Source of the DNA: Tubiluchus corallicola
Lineage: Eukaryota; Animalia; Priapulida
Direction of reading: 5' to 3'
Assembly (NCBI GenBank): GCA_030141605.1
Contig: JAQGDQ010000027.1
Coordinates: 434,001 to 498,000, forward strand
DNA: 64,000 bases
Shown piece by piece: positions 1-15,800 of the stretch. The notes below the pieces were generated by a model that did no database searches, had not been told where the DNA came from, and was given only the letters and a program-made list of their open reading frames with translations. The position numbers and the translations under genes are program-made. Position 1 is the first letter of the stretch. Each line of letters opens with the position of its first letter.

Positions 1-422
1 CCAAAACATAACATAAAGAGTTATGTTAATTAAAATAGAGATGTAATGTCCAGTGAATAGGTTTAATAAGACGGACCGTGTTCATTTGTGTTTTGGTGGA
101 TGTTTTAGTTTGAGTGAAGCTTGCAAAATCATCACTTATAAACTTGGAAGTGAAACTGCCCTTCATAAAACTATTAAACTATTAAAGCTATTAAAATGGT
201 TTCATTTTTTTATTGTAAAACTAGTCAGTTAAGTGCAGATCTGCAGATCTTTTTAAACAAATTAGGGTATGACTTAATTTAGTACAAAAATGTGTGGTTT
301 TAATGTGCAAAAAACTGTTTGAAGTTTCGGGTAAAAATGCTGTTTATTGTTTACCAGCTATAGAGAATATATACTCAAATAAGTTTGCGATAAGCTTGCA
401 TTTGCATAAAGTATATTTACAG

Positions 423-3321
<2,899 letters not shown>

Positions 3322-3447
3322 ACAAAAGTGTTTGAAAATTTCAGTTTCAAAGTAATAATTGAGGTTATAGAAAAATAGCACGATTTCTAAAATTTGGTCA
3401 AAAGGATTGTGTTTATGCCAGTTCACACTATATAATGTTAATGTCAC

Positions 3448-3453
3448 AATAAA
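3448..3453 (+). promoter_or_regulatory. Putative polyadenylation signal of the tektin gene
   Basis: AATAAA about 130 nt after the stop codon, with a second AATAAA at ~3612. Confidence 0.45.
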
Positions 3454-3866
3454 ATATTAAGTATTTGCAACCACATCTGCAACTGCATGCTATTCATCTG
3501 CAGCTTTTTAGCATAGTTATATATTTTGACAAAATTTTACTTAGCCCTAGCAAGAAAGATTAAGAAAACCTTCAATTTAAAATTGCAATTTGAAGTTTAA
3601 ACAAACTAGGCAATAAAATAATTGAAAATGATTATTAAGATGAATTATTGTATCCAGCTTTATTAGAAAGTATAAGATATAATCTTACAACTGAAATTTA
3701 GAATTATGCTAATTCTGTAAGTACAAGATACATTCTTACAACTGAAGTTTACAATTGTGCTTATTTTGTCAGACAATTAACTACAATGGCATATCGTTTC
3801 TAATGTTTAATATATCAAAATGATAAAATAATCACAAACTTGCTCAGTATCTATATACTTTGCCAG

Positions 3867-6800
3867 TTAGAACTTCTGATGATAAGCACTGCGGAATGGT
3901 CCTCCACCACGAGATGTTCTGCTATAACCCCGTATCCTTCCTCGAGTATGCCCTCTTTGTAACGAGCGTCCAGTCCTTTGGTAAATTGGCGACTGCTGCT
4001 GTTGCTGTATTACCGGATGCGTCTTAACTTGTAGTAGCGAAGGAACGGAAGAGCCCGTAGTAGACTGAGACTGAGATGGGGGTGATTCGGTCCACACAAT
4101 TGGTGTCCGGGATGCCTTTTTAACTGGAAAATGTTGACAGTCATTACTGCAATTCATTCGTAATTCGTAAATGTATTCAGGAATCTGTAACACTGAATAC
4201 AATGTTGCTAAAATTGAGGTTGATTCGAGATCAAAAGTCACAAATTTGATTCAACGATACACGTTTGCGGAAAGCCACAATGTATTTACAAAAAGCCACA
4301 AGGTCAGCCAGTTACGTCATTATATATATATATATAATGTCTTTATTTGCCAAAAAACAATTATAGTATACATTATACAATGTGAAATATCATTCAGTGA
4401 TTGCCTGAGTTACACTGCTAATAGGCAAATGCGTCTGGTGCAAAAATTACGAGTGCGGTAGGGGTGCATAAAAACACAAGAAATAAAGTAAAAAATGGCA
4501 TCCTATCTAAAAAAACTAAAGCACACTTTTACAAATACAGTCTCATATAAAATAATACATATCATAGAGGTAATTAACACACATATTTTCACGTAATCAA
4601 TTTTCGAATGATTACCGGCTACTACTCCCAACTGGTAATTTTAATTCAATGTAATATAAAATAACTATTCCAAATTTCATTGTTGTATTTCTTTAAGCTG
4701 CACAAACAGTAGTAAAATAAACCTAAATGGCTTGTCTTTTCCTTTACAGGTATTCATAAATGAATAGTGATACTGAATTACACTGATGTTAATACAATCT
4801 AATTTCATAGGAGCTATATTGATTAACTAACGACCTACCAGTCTTTTCCGATTCTTGCTGGCTTGTTTCAGCTTGACTGACTTCTGTCTCTGATTCGGTT
4901 ATTTCTTCCACACTTACACCACTACTAGTATCTATACAAAAATACCATACAACTAAGTGAGTAAAAAACTAGGCTACAATGATTATTGCAAATACAGCTA
5001 TAATTTAAATATTTCTTACTATAAAGATACACGAAATGTGGCTTATATTTACGTAAGTATATTGCATAAGTACTTGTAAATACTGTAAGCAGCTTAATTA
5101 ATACCTTCGACGTAAAAAATTGTTAATTTCAGAGATAATCACATGATGTGAACGTTATTCAATTATGCAAGGTGATCCAGGAAAAATGCTGGCTGTGAAT
5201 TATTTAATGAAACAGAAACTAAAAGTCAAAAGGAGGTAAATTTTTAACAAATAAAAATAAAACAAAAACTAGCATTCAAAAGGGGTAAAAATTTAACTGA
5301 TATGCATATTTTATACACAGAAAATTTAGTAGTAAGTTTTTTTTTTATTATTTTTGTTTAAATGTAAGATATTTTAATATTTTTGTCAAATCTTTTAAGA
5401 ATGTGAGGCTAAAAGGAAACTCAAACTTCAGTAAACTTACAAGTACATTTTCTGCATATGAAATAGCAGATGTATTCATTCTTTTACATTTTTATGCCTT
5501 TATGATTTGTAGTGATTGTTTTATTGAAGATTTTTCAGGGAAAGTTTTTTCTTCTGGACAGTCATTTATACACCAACATTAAAATTGGAAAGCTAACTAC
5601 TAATTTTTCAATACAGATGTCTCATGTTAAAAATGACACTTACCTTGTTTATGTGAAGTAGTGGGTGACTCCTCTGTTTTCTCAGCGGTCTCCTCTGGAG
5701 GTGGCGTCTTTGGTTCTTCAACAACAGGTGGTGCAACTTCCGGCGATACTTTTTCTGTGCTGATGTAGCAAATGTAAAAAATAAACTTAGTTTACACGAT
5801 AATCAGATCGAAGAAATAGATCATTTTGGGGAATAGATCTACTATAGGCAGTTTTTAATGAGCAAGTAGTACTTTACATACGTACTTTAAAAACCACAAG
5901 AAGCTAATGTCTTATAGATAAGCAAGGAATTAGCCTGCTACGTAAAGCACATCGAAATATAGTTCAAAAAGACAATGAGAAATGAAATAGCATTGCTTCA
6001 GTTTTTAAAATATTTCAAGTCGAATATTTTTGGATGAAAACTGGATTTTTGTCCATGTTTAGCAAACAGTACAAAATTAATCAAAAATACTTCTGCTGCC
6101 AGTCTCGGTCCATAGGGACAGTCATCAAAGCCTAAAGTATTTAAACACCAGAGTTCACAAAAAAACTGTTTGATTTTTCACTATATTTATGCTGCATAAC
6201 CCTCTAGAATTTAGCTTTTTGTGATTGTTTATCAAATTAGTCATAAATCTCAGTAGGTTTTGGTTTTATTTTGGTGTCTAAGTATATTAGGTACTAATGA
6301 TGGTCCTTCTTGACTGAAACCAGAAGGCAGCATGATGAATTTTCAACAAAACTGAACTGTTAATCAATTAAATGCAAAAGGGAGAAATGTTTACCTATCT
6401 GTACTGAGTTCTACAACAGTTGTGGAGTGACCTGCTAGTGTGGTAGTTTTAAGTTCTTCCGGTGCAGTATCTTGAGACATTTCCTCTGCTCCAAGAATAT
6501 TTTCTTCTGTAGGCTCGGGTGACGCCTCCAAATCTAATGGTGTCTCAGTCACAGTAGGAGCTTCTAACATTATAAAGAAAAATGACTATCGGTAAAATTC
6601 TTACATACAGCTGGTATAGTATGTGGGTACAGATGGTAGTATATATTGCAATAATTTTTCTCTTGCTTCAACGAAAATATTGGCTGACAAAAACATTTTT
6701 CGGTAGATAATCATCCCACTGTACTGTCCAAGAAACTAATTAATTAATGAATGAATGTCTGGGAAAACAGTTTTTAGTAAACTTCCGATGTACATTCCAT

Positions 6801-9800
6801 TCCTTTTAGACGCCTAATTTTACAATAGTTAGAATAATTGTCATGTCTGAGCTTACGTATGCAAGCTGTCTTGTACAGCAAAACAAAAGAGGTAAATCAA
6901 CCAAATCCAAGTAAATCGATCAACTAATCAATAACTAAGTAAAAAATAGTTATGAAAACCATCTTAATAATTATTAGAGCCCAGAGCTGGGCCGTTTCAG
7001 CTGAGCTCCAGCCGGTTTATTTCTACAACCTACATAGCCGATAAGAAACCCAGGTTTAGTCACGCTAGCCGCTCAATGATACGAGTTGAGCTGGCCAATA
7101 TTTTTACCGGCTGCGAAGATTTTCGCTCTTGTGATGCTGTAAATTACTGGTTGAAATATGGCAAATGTGTCACGGATTTGTGGCCAGATTGTGCATGTGC
7201 TGGCATAAATACTAAACTTTAGAAATTTTTGAACAAGAAAGCTGGTCATTTCAAATAAAATACACAAATAGGCAATTCAAGTAACACATATGGGATCATT
7301 CTGGTTTTCAAGATAAGCCTCGCCAAGAGTTGGATTTAAATTATATTTGCAATAAATCCATTGCTTTTTTATAATAAAAAATTGATCTTTAATGCATTAT
7401 TTGAATTTTAACATCAGCTTTTCTCTGTGTATAAGCAACACAAATGATTTAAAAAATTTGTCTTCATAATTAACAGTTAGCTGACAATTTATCATTTATT
7501 TAGCTAAAAAAATTCGCAGCTTTAGCAGACTTAGCTGATTTTTTTTCTTTAAGCAAACTCAACTCAAAAGTCAGTCAACCTCAGCTGAACTAACTAACTT
7601 ACTGTGTGAGTCAGCTGATGTAGTAGCAACTGACGCAGCTTCAGCGTCTAATGATTATTGGTTAAAAAGATTTTGCTCAATTTATATTAAAAAATACAAC
7701 TCAATGCAATACATCACTTAGACTTTAATGTTAATGCATGCGGAATGAAAACCGTGAAACATAAATCAATCAACATCTAATAATGAAACAAATTTAGTAA
7801 ATGTAATTCTCTCCAACGAAAAAAGCAAATGAAATTTTATTGGAAAATATGTTCTGAAAAAATGATAATTGCTGTCATTCTTTGACGTGCATAAGCTACT
7901 ACATACTGGGAACACAAGTACTGAGCCAATAAGTACCTGAACAGATCAACAAAGCCCAATATTTATGAATTAAGTCAAGGAATCAATTACACTCAAAAAA
8001 GAAGGACTTGAACAAGAACAGATATGGTGTTACAGTCTGTATTGTTCGCTTACCTTGTGAAACAGTTGCCGGAGAACTACGCACAGGAGTAGTTGGTAAC
8101 GCTTTCCCCCCTGACTCGTCAAACTGTGACAAGTCCATCTTCGTGTCATCCATTCCTAAAGCACCCTGAGAAGCTAACTGTGAGGGATCATTGCTCGACG
8201 GCTCCCCTCCACTGCCAAACACAAACCGCCCCGCCGCCACTTGGGGAGAGCTGCAAAAAGAGCAAATAAAGCACATCATTCACTTAAACAAAATTGAAAA
8301 ACTAATGAAACAATGATGATAACAAATCTTTCATCAAATAGCAATAATTATAGATTGTATCATTATCACTTTGCTTTAATTATACTCACCTAACTGCCTC
8401 AGCAAAACCGTCATTACGACGAGGCACAGACAGAGTAGGTGTACTTGGCACAATCCCATCTCCTTCATCGTAATTTGGGGCGGTAGCGGTAAACGGTCCT
8501 GTTGCCTGAGTACGTGCCCCCGTTGATGGTAAACGTTCTGAGCGCATTGGCAGGCGAGGAAGAAAAGAAGGACGAACAGCTTCACTTGATTCTGCAGCCT
8601 GTTGTGGTGCTGTGTTAAATAAATTAATTAGTTTACTAAAATTATCAAAATTTGAAAGAAACAAAACAGGCAAAAGAGTCAACGACTAATTTATAAGTTT
8701 TAAGTTTTTATAGCTGAGATTTCGATAATAAGTTTTTATCAGAGTAAAATCAGAGTTTAAACTGTTTCTGCTAGTGTTTTCCATTCCTTTCAAATTTCAG
8801 AGATGCAGATAACGCATCTTTTAATAGTTCTACATGTTGATGTGTTAATTTTTGTATTATAAAATGTAATTAGTTTACTAAATACAGTTTGAAGAATGCC
8901 TTCCAACAGTTATAGAGTACTCAGTACTGAACAAGGTACTAAATTAAATAACATTTTAAAATCCAAATAACAAAATTTTAAAATATTTTTATATTGTTCT
9001 TAAAACCTTATTCCTTTACAATGGAAATAATACAATATTCCTCATTAATTAATAAACAAAACTCCTGCCTCAGTCTTAAAATAATAATCTTCTCTTAACA
9101 CTGGTCTATCACATTTGGATTCATGCTCTATAGAGAGTACACCTTTATTTGTAACATTTTATTTATGCATTACATAATTACCTGTGCCACTAATAGGTAG
9201 CACCACAGGTGCATCCTGAGGGGGAGCCATTCTACTTTCTTGCGTTTCCATCTGATTAGTTTCATCAGTTTCATCAGCATCATCATCATCCTCGATGACT
9301 TCAACAACATCAGAATCACCATCTCCAGATGTAACCATTTCACTTTCTGGTTCTTCGAGCTCTTCCTCGTTCTCCTAAAGACAAATAGAATAATAAACAA
9401 AAACAACAACTTCAGTAAACCTTATTTATATTTATACCAATTATTCGTATTCATACGGTACAAAAGATTCATAAGGAAAAATAACAAAATGATAAGAATC
9501 ACAATAAAATAACTTAATGTTCCTATTCGCATATTTATATAATACTGAAGTGCACCACTAGCTTTTAACTCATTGTGCATCTATAAGATAATACAAGTAG
9601 TATTAGCCACGACACACACATCCTGGAATTTTTTTCAAATCATTTCATATTCTATAAACTTTTGATAACCCACCAAGTTGTCATCGGTTCATGATAACTT
9701 AATTTTTGACCACATTAATTTCAGTAAATAAACTGAACGAATATGACTGCAAATTAAACACAATTTGTAAACGTAATGGTTAACTCATGAATAAAAAATG

Positions 9801-12800
9801 AGCTATAGCATGCTGTTGCCAGTTAAAATCAAAATTATAGATAAATAATTAGGCCATAGCCACAGATTTATAAATGCAAGTGTAATAAACAAGCAGTCTC
9901 AAATTTGAAAACTAGTGCATTTGCATATTGTTCTAGTATACGATACTACTTCAAAAAATCAAGCAAAAGTAAACTGAATTTAAATATTGTGTTGCAATTC
10001 CACAGTAAAGTTCAATAGTTGGTACTCACTACTTGTCACTATAAGCTTTGCAAAATATACGTACAAAAGTAACCAGAGAAACCAGTTTTTGTTTATCAAT
10101 CTGTGAACAAAATGTGAGCTGATGTTCACAAGCATGAAGCTTGATTTCAGGAGCAAAATGTGCATACGTGAAATTCAAATATAACAAACACATATCACAA
10201 ACAAATGTTGTTTGACAAAGTCAGGCCAAAATTAAAAAAATGTATCATTTAATATTAAAACTAAATCAAAAAGTATATTTTTACCAAAAGTGGTTCCAAA
10301 TTAGTTTTTGTTGTTGCTCACAGAGTATAAGATTGATAATTTAGTATAAGAATTACTATAAGATATACAGTACTCACAGTACTCATTCTAAAACTTACCC
10401 CATAGTCTTCAGCTATGTCAGATATTTCCTCATCAAAATCTCTCATCTCCTCAGCATCTACTTCTTCGTCAAACCCGTCTTCTTCTTCATCATTGTCATC
10501 TTCTTCACTGTATTCAGCAGGCTATGAAAAAAGAAAGCATAGTATGAAGTACAAGTTATATGTGACACCAAAACAAAAAATTTATGTCAGTAACAACTTA
10601 TGGTTTAAGCCAAGTTAGTTCAGAGTTATCAGTTTTGGTTGCTCATACTCAAAATTCTTCAAGTACATAAAAAAGCTCTGACAACAAGAATTTATCAGTA
10701 CAAGCTTTGCTATCTGCATCTTGTTTTTTTAATAAAGATTTTCCCACATTCGCTAAGCTAACTACCAGCAAATCTTCAACACAGAGCAATTATAACAGAA
10801 TTCATTTCATTTGTATCTAGTATAGAAAAAATGTGGTGCACAATGGTTAAAAATCTAACATTACCGCTAACATATCGATAATACGAAAAACTTTTGCTAT
10901 TGCCAAAAACAAAAGTTTTGGCATAAAATTTGACTGCAGAAAGGCTACAATATAAACAACCGTGACAAAAATAAAGAAAAAACAGACTAGATATATCTTT
11001 GGGAAATCTCAGCATTAATAAAAATTTTAAACCAGAATGTAATACGAACATTTACTTTAGTAATAATACAAACATGTTTTATACAATTGTTCTGTGTTCT
11101 GTCTCTGTCGGTGTTGCTCTCATCACGTTCAGCATGCATGCTGCTATCTTTAGTGCTTAAACAGGTCTTGTGACAGTGAGTAGGTAACAGTAGAGCATAG
11201 TTGGATTCTAATTGGTATTCTTTAGCCTTTTCCTTGATTTGAAATTCTACATGATGCATCGAGCTCATGCTAAACAGCTTTTGCAGACCTTTGACCTCCT
11301 GGCAGCGTCTGGAGGAGGGGTCCGCAACACTAGTTTTATACTGTCGAACATGTTTTATATAACTGTTTTGTGTTTAAAATTTTCATTAAAACAGACAATG
11401 CTTTTAATGTATTTGCAATGGGGTTTACTACAGTTAGTTTGAGGTTTGATCATCATTTGACTACTGTTAGGATATCGCAAAAGCAGAATAATGAAAACAT
11501 AAAGCAGCAAAATATAGACCAGACTAATGCAAACAATGAGAAATACACATCGTATTCATAATACAGTTGTACCTGTTCTTCTTCTTCACCACTCTCTACT
11601 AATATAACATCATCATCTCCAGCATCTACCGGCTGCTTTTCTTCCACATTGGCTATGTTTTGGATACTTTCCTCTTTTTGAACTGCTGATTCGGAGGTTA
11701 CTTTTGTCACAATTATGGCAGGTTGTTCTGCAATTTGTTCTACCACTGCAGCTGTGGCAGCTACAAAACATCAGTACAAAAATCTATCTTAACATCTAAT
11801 TTATCTTTCCTGAAGATAAACAAAATAAGTTTTAAACAAAGTTTGGTGGACAACACTAACCCAACTGTCCCTTTCGGATTTCTTCCAAATAAATGTCTTG
11901 TTTCATTAATTGGATGAACCCAATAGTGATCGTAATTAATGTTCTCATAATAATTGCAAGCACACAGTAAAAACACGTCATTTTTGTTGTCCCCATTGAT
12001 GAGCAATAGCTATAACCCTGCGACTCGCAAAGTAACTGCAGCTAACTAAATGCACAGAAAAAACCAAGTGGCTTCATTGTGAAATGAACTTTCTTGCTGC
12101 ACAGGTTTCAAGAAAAAGTCGAAAATTTTCTGATCTGTCTGTCATTTCCTTAGCCCTTTCACTGTGAAATGGGGTTAAGTGTAGAGCTTAAGAATAATAC
12201 AGTAGCTCTAAACAAAAAAACAAAAGTTAAGAACAATTTGTAGATATAAGTGTGCACTTATATATAAATATTGACAATTGCAGAAAAAAGTATACAAAAA
12301 AAATAAAAGAATATATGTGTATACATGTAATACACAAAAACATTGAATTAAAACGTTGTTTTTTACAACTGCTTAGTCATGCTAGCTTACTGCTTATCCA
12401 GTAAATGTTTGGAGTCATCAAAAAAGGTCATTCTTTGGTGATTCATCCATACAGTTCTCCCACTTTGTCGAAATAAATTCTACGCATATGTCAACTTCTA
12501 ATCTTTAACTAGCAAGCAAGATACTCGTTTTCATTTATTTTTTGACTGGAACTCTGTTGCTATGGCAATGACAGTCACGTTAAAAACAAGGCGCCAAATT
12601 TCAGCCCGACAAGACGTCCATCAATCACCAAATAAACTACAGCGGAAATTAAAAACAGCATATGGACCACAATGTTCTGTCAATGTAGGTTTTCAACAAG
12701 GTGAATCCTTCCTCATTGTTCTTGAGCTGTTAAAAGACTTTTGTAACCCAAGAAACACAACTTGTCTTTGGATAGGGCCCTAAGTTCTTTAAACTGAGTT

Positions 12801-15800
12801 TGTGACTTGACAAGTTTGAAACATTCTGAAACTTCTCAACAAGGCTACACCAGGCAAAAATTAAATGAAAATAGACCAACTAAGACGTGTTCATTAACTT
12901 GAAATAGCAATTAGAGATTGTTGTGCATACATTTAACTTGAAATGGTTGCTGATTTTGGAAACTGCGTGCTAATCATCAGCACAAGTGTCTTAAAGAAGG
13001 CAGCAAAAATAATAATGCCTGCTAGTGCAGCAGTTCTTTTCAGATTTTCGTCTAATTTGATTAAAATTAGATGAATGCCAAACGAATGAAATTGGACTAA
13101 AGTGCTAAATGCTTTAGTTCATCTGTACCTGTTTTCAAGCATTTTACTCCATTTGTTAAAAAATAAAAGGTAAAAGTTTGATGTCTGAGACACCCTGTAT
13201 TTACTGCCTTATTTAAATTGACCCTCATTAGCTTCTTCACTGCCATGTATGTTGTATTGTAGCTTGCACAGGGGAATATTCTTATTATGATAATTATATA
13301 TAAATAGTGATAAAACAAAACGAAATAAACTCGAGTCAGAGTGACAGCGTAAGCAACAAAAATTTGTACCTGCTTGTTCAGCTGGTTTTTCTTCTGCACG
13401 TGTCTGTGCCTGCTCGCTGAAACTTCCCGCTCTGGGTCGCTTTTGCGGGATTGCAGTGGCAAAGATTACGGAGCTCTCCACTCCACCATCAAACTGATCT
13501 CTAGATCGTTTAACTACGTAAATTGCACAATTTCAATTAAAACAACACCCTTGCTGTACATAGTAAATCTTTAGAATAGTGATATAAAGCTGCTGGTTAA
13601 ATCTCAGTGGTTTAGAAACTGCTTGTATAAAAAGCACTGGAGAGTGTTCGATGACGTGCTTAGCAAAGCTTAAGAAAACCAAATAAAGGATGCTCAAAAA
13701 TGAGACTTACCACCTCAAGTGCAATGAAGTTTGGCAAAGTGCTAATTTCAGTAAAACTTTCTCAGGAAGTTGCTATATTCCCAAAACAAGAACATTCTTA
13801 AAACTTTTACTGATTTATAGGCTTTTCTGGAACACTGCCTGAAATTTTTTCCAATTCAAGTTTTACCTTGTTAGGTATCTTCAAAATAGTTGCAAAAAAT
13901 CTCGGTAATATCTAAGCTTCTGGGTAATTTGTAAGCATTAAAGGATGTACAGATATTGGTTCCCAAATATAAGTGACAAAGAACCACAGTCTACTAAATA
14001 ACCCATTGAATTGTGATCTTGAGTACAGATACAGAGATTGGCAATACTGCTCGCCTATTAAATAATGTAGGAAGGAACATGGATGAAATGTATCGCATAA
14101 ATTTTAAAACCTGACAATCCCGCTACAGCAGCAGGTTCAGTAGCTGCGTGCGCACTGGATGACTGATCAGCAGCAGCTTCTTGCGGTACTTCTTCAGATT
14201 CCTCTGCAACTTCACTGCCTCCTGCAGCTTGACTTGCACTAGCAGGTTCAGCTGTATGTTCTTCAACTTCTTCTACCAATTCTTCAACTGTAGCAAGAAA
14301 AATATTTTAAGTGACTATACTACCAGTTGTTTTAAGCAGTTTACAGAGGGGCTTAAGTTTAAATAAAGCTATATGATTAGATAGTAAACCTAGCTAGTGA
14401 CATATTTTAATGAATAATAATTATCATGTTTACGTTTATTAAAAAAACTATATTTAAGGGACGGAAAATCTTGAAATGTCTTTGACAAAGATTGTAAAAC
14501 GCGTTTTAGTAAGCTGTTAAAGTGACTAGAAAGAAAGGTATCACACTGAATATTTGATCAAGTTAGATTCTCATGCATGCAAGTATTCATTTTAAAGGAA
14601 AAGACAAGCCACTTAGCATTTGCATTTACTCTATTGCAATTGCTTAAACTTATATATATAATATAAATATATATACTTATTTATATATATATATATATAT
14701 CTATAAAACAAAGAAATTTGCAAAAAATTGTTTATAAAGCATAAAGTTTGTTTATACAGCTGCTGTGCAGAAAATCTCAGGCACGAAGGTAGCCACAATT
14801 CTCTTCAAAATTAAGACGTAATTGGTGGATTTCATTGCTTTTAGGCTTTTAGTAAGTGCATCATGGCTTTCCGTAAGCACTTGCTGCCTAAACTCATTCA
14901 AACTTCTGCAGTTTGCCAAATGTTTATGCAAAAATATCACAAAATTAGCTATCTATGTTTTTGTAGAAACTTATTATGTCGACGGAAATTGACAGTGTAC
15001 TGCATTTTTTCTTCAGTTGACTAAAGATGTCATTGGTGGAAAAATGGATTATCAAAATGGGAGTGCCAAAGTTTGAAATGATCGTTAACTTCCCAGAAGG
15101 TTTGGCTTTTATTTCAATTAGAATTAGTGTTAAATAGTCCAAAAAGTGTCTTTATCAACAATTATTAGCTATTTAATAATTGATTTACCTTCGCCTTCAA
15201 CTAATGGGGTAACAATGATGGCAGGAATTACTTGCTGGGTTGGTTGCACAGTTGCTTGCCTTGGAGTAGGACTTATTCCTATGGTGGTAGTTTGTTGCTG
15301 CTCTGTAAAATAAATAAATTGACACTAGCAAATACTATTTCTTGCTTCATATTTAATGTAGTAAATAGGATTGAAACTGTTTCATTTGCCATTTAAAAGA
15401 TTTATGCCATTAGCCACTATTACATTAGTAATACCTTCATGATGTTCACCACCAGAAGGTGTTGGCATGACGGTTGCAGTCGGCGTTTGCTGGCTACTGA
15501 TTGCCATTGGACGAATGCTGGCAGTGGGAGTGGCCTTTGCCGATGACGTCACAGCCGAAACTGGTGTCACAGTTGCTGCATGCTTGCTGCCAGATGGAGT
15601 GGCAATAGGCTTGATACTGAAAAAGCACATTGACCATATACAGAACTAAAATACAAACTATAAAAATTAACTAATATTCCTATTAAACTCTTAAAGCACA
15701 AGAAGACCATTCCATTACATAAAGCTTAAAAAATTTGTCTCGAAATTTTATACCACTTACAAACTAACATTTTGCACGCAGGGCTTGCATTAGCCGTAAT

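Noticed and set aside
11250-11300. SECIS on the + strand within the structured intronic island
   Set aside because: The AAA lies on the 3' side of the loop, 17 nt from ATGA, outside the consensus spacing, and there is no + strand gene here.
12556-12569. RFX X-box-like GTTGCTATGGCAAT as an enhancer for the ciliary tektin gene
   Set aside because: It is an imperfect single match inside a TPR intron, far from the tektin promoter, with no supporting evidence.
9240-15649. Plus-strand ORFs overlapping TPR exons (e.g. 9240-9512, 10415-10618, 15467-15649)
   Set aside because: They are antisense shadows of low-complexity TPR exons, with no independent coding signal.
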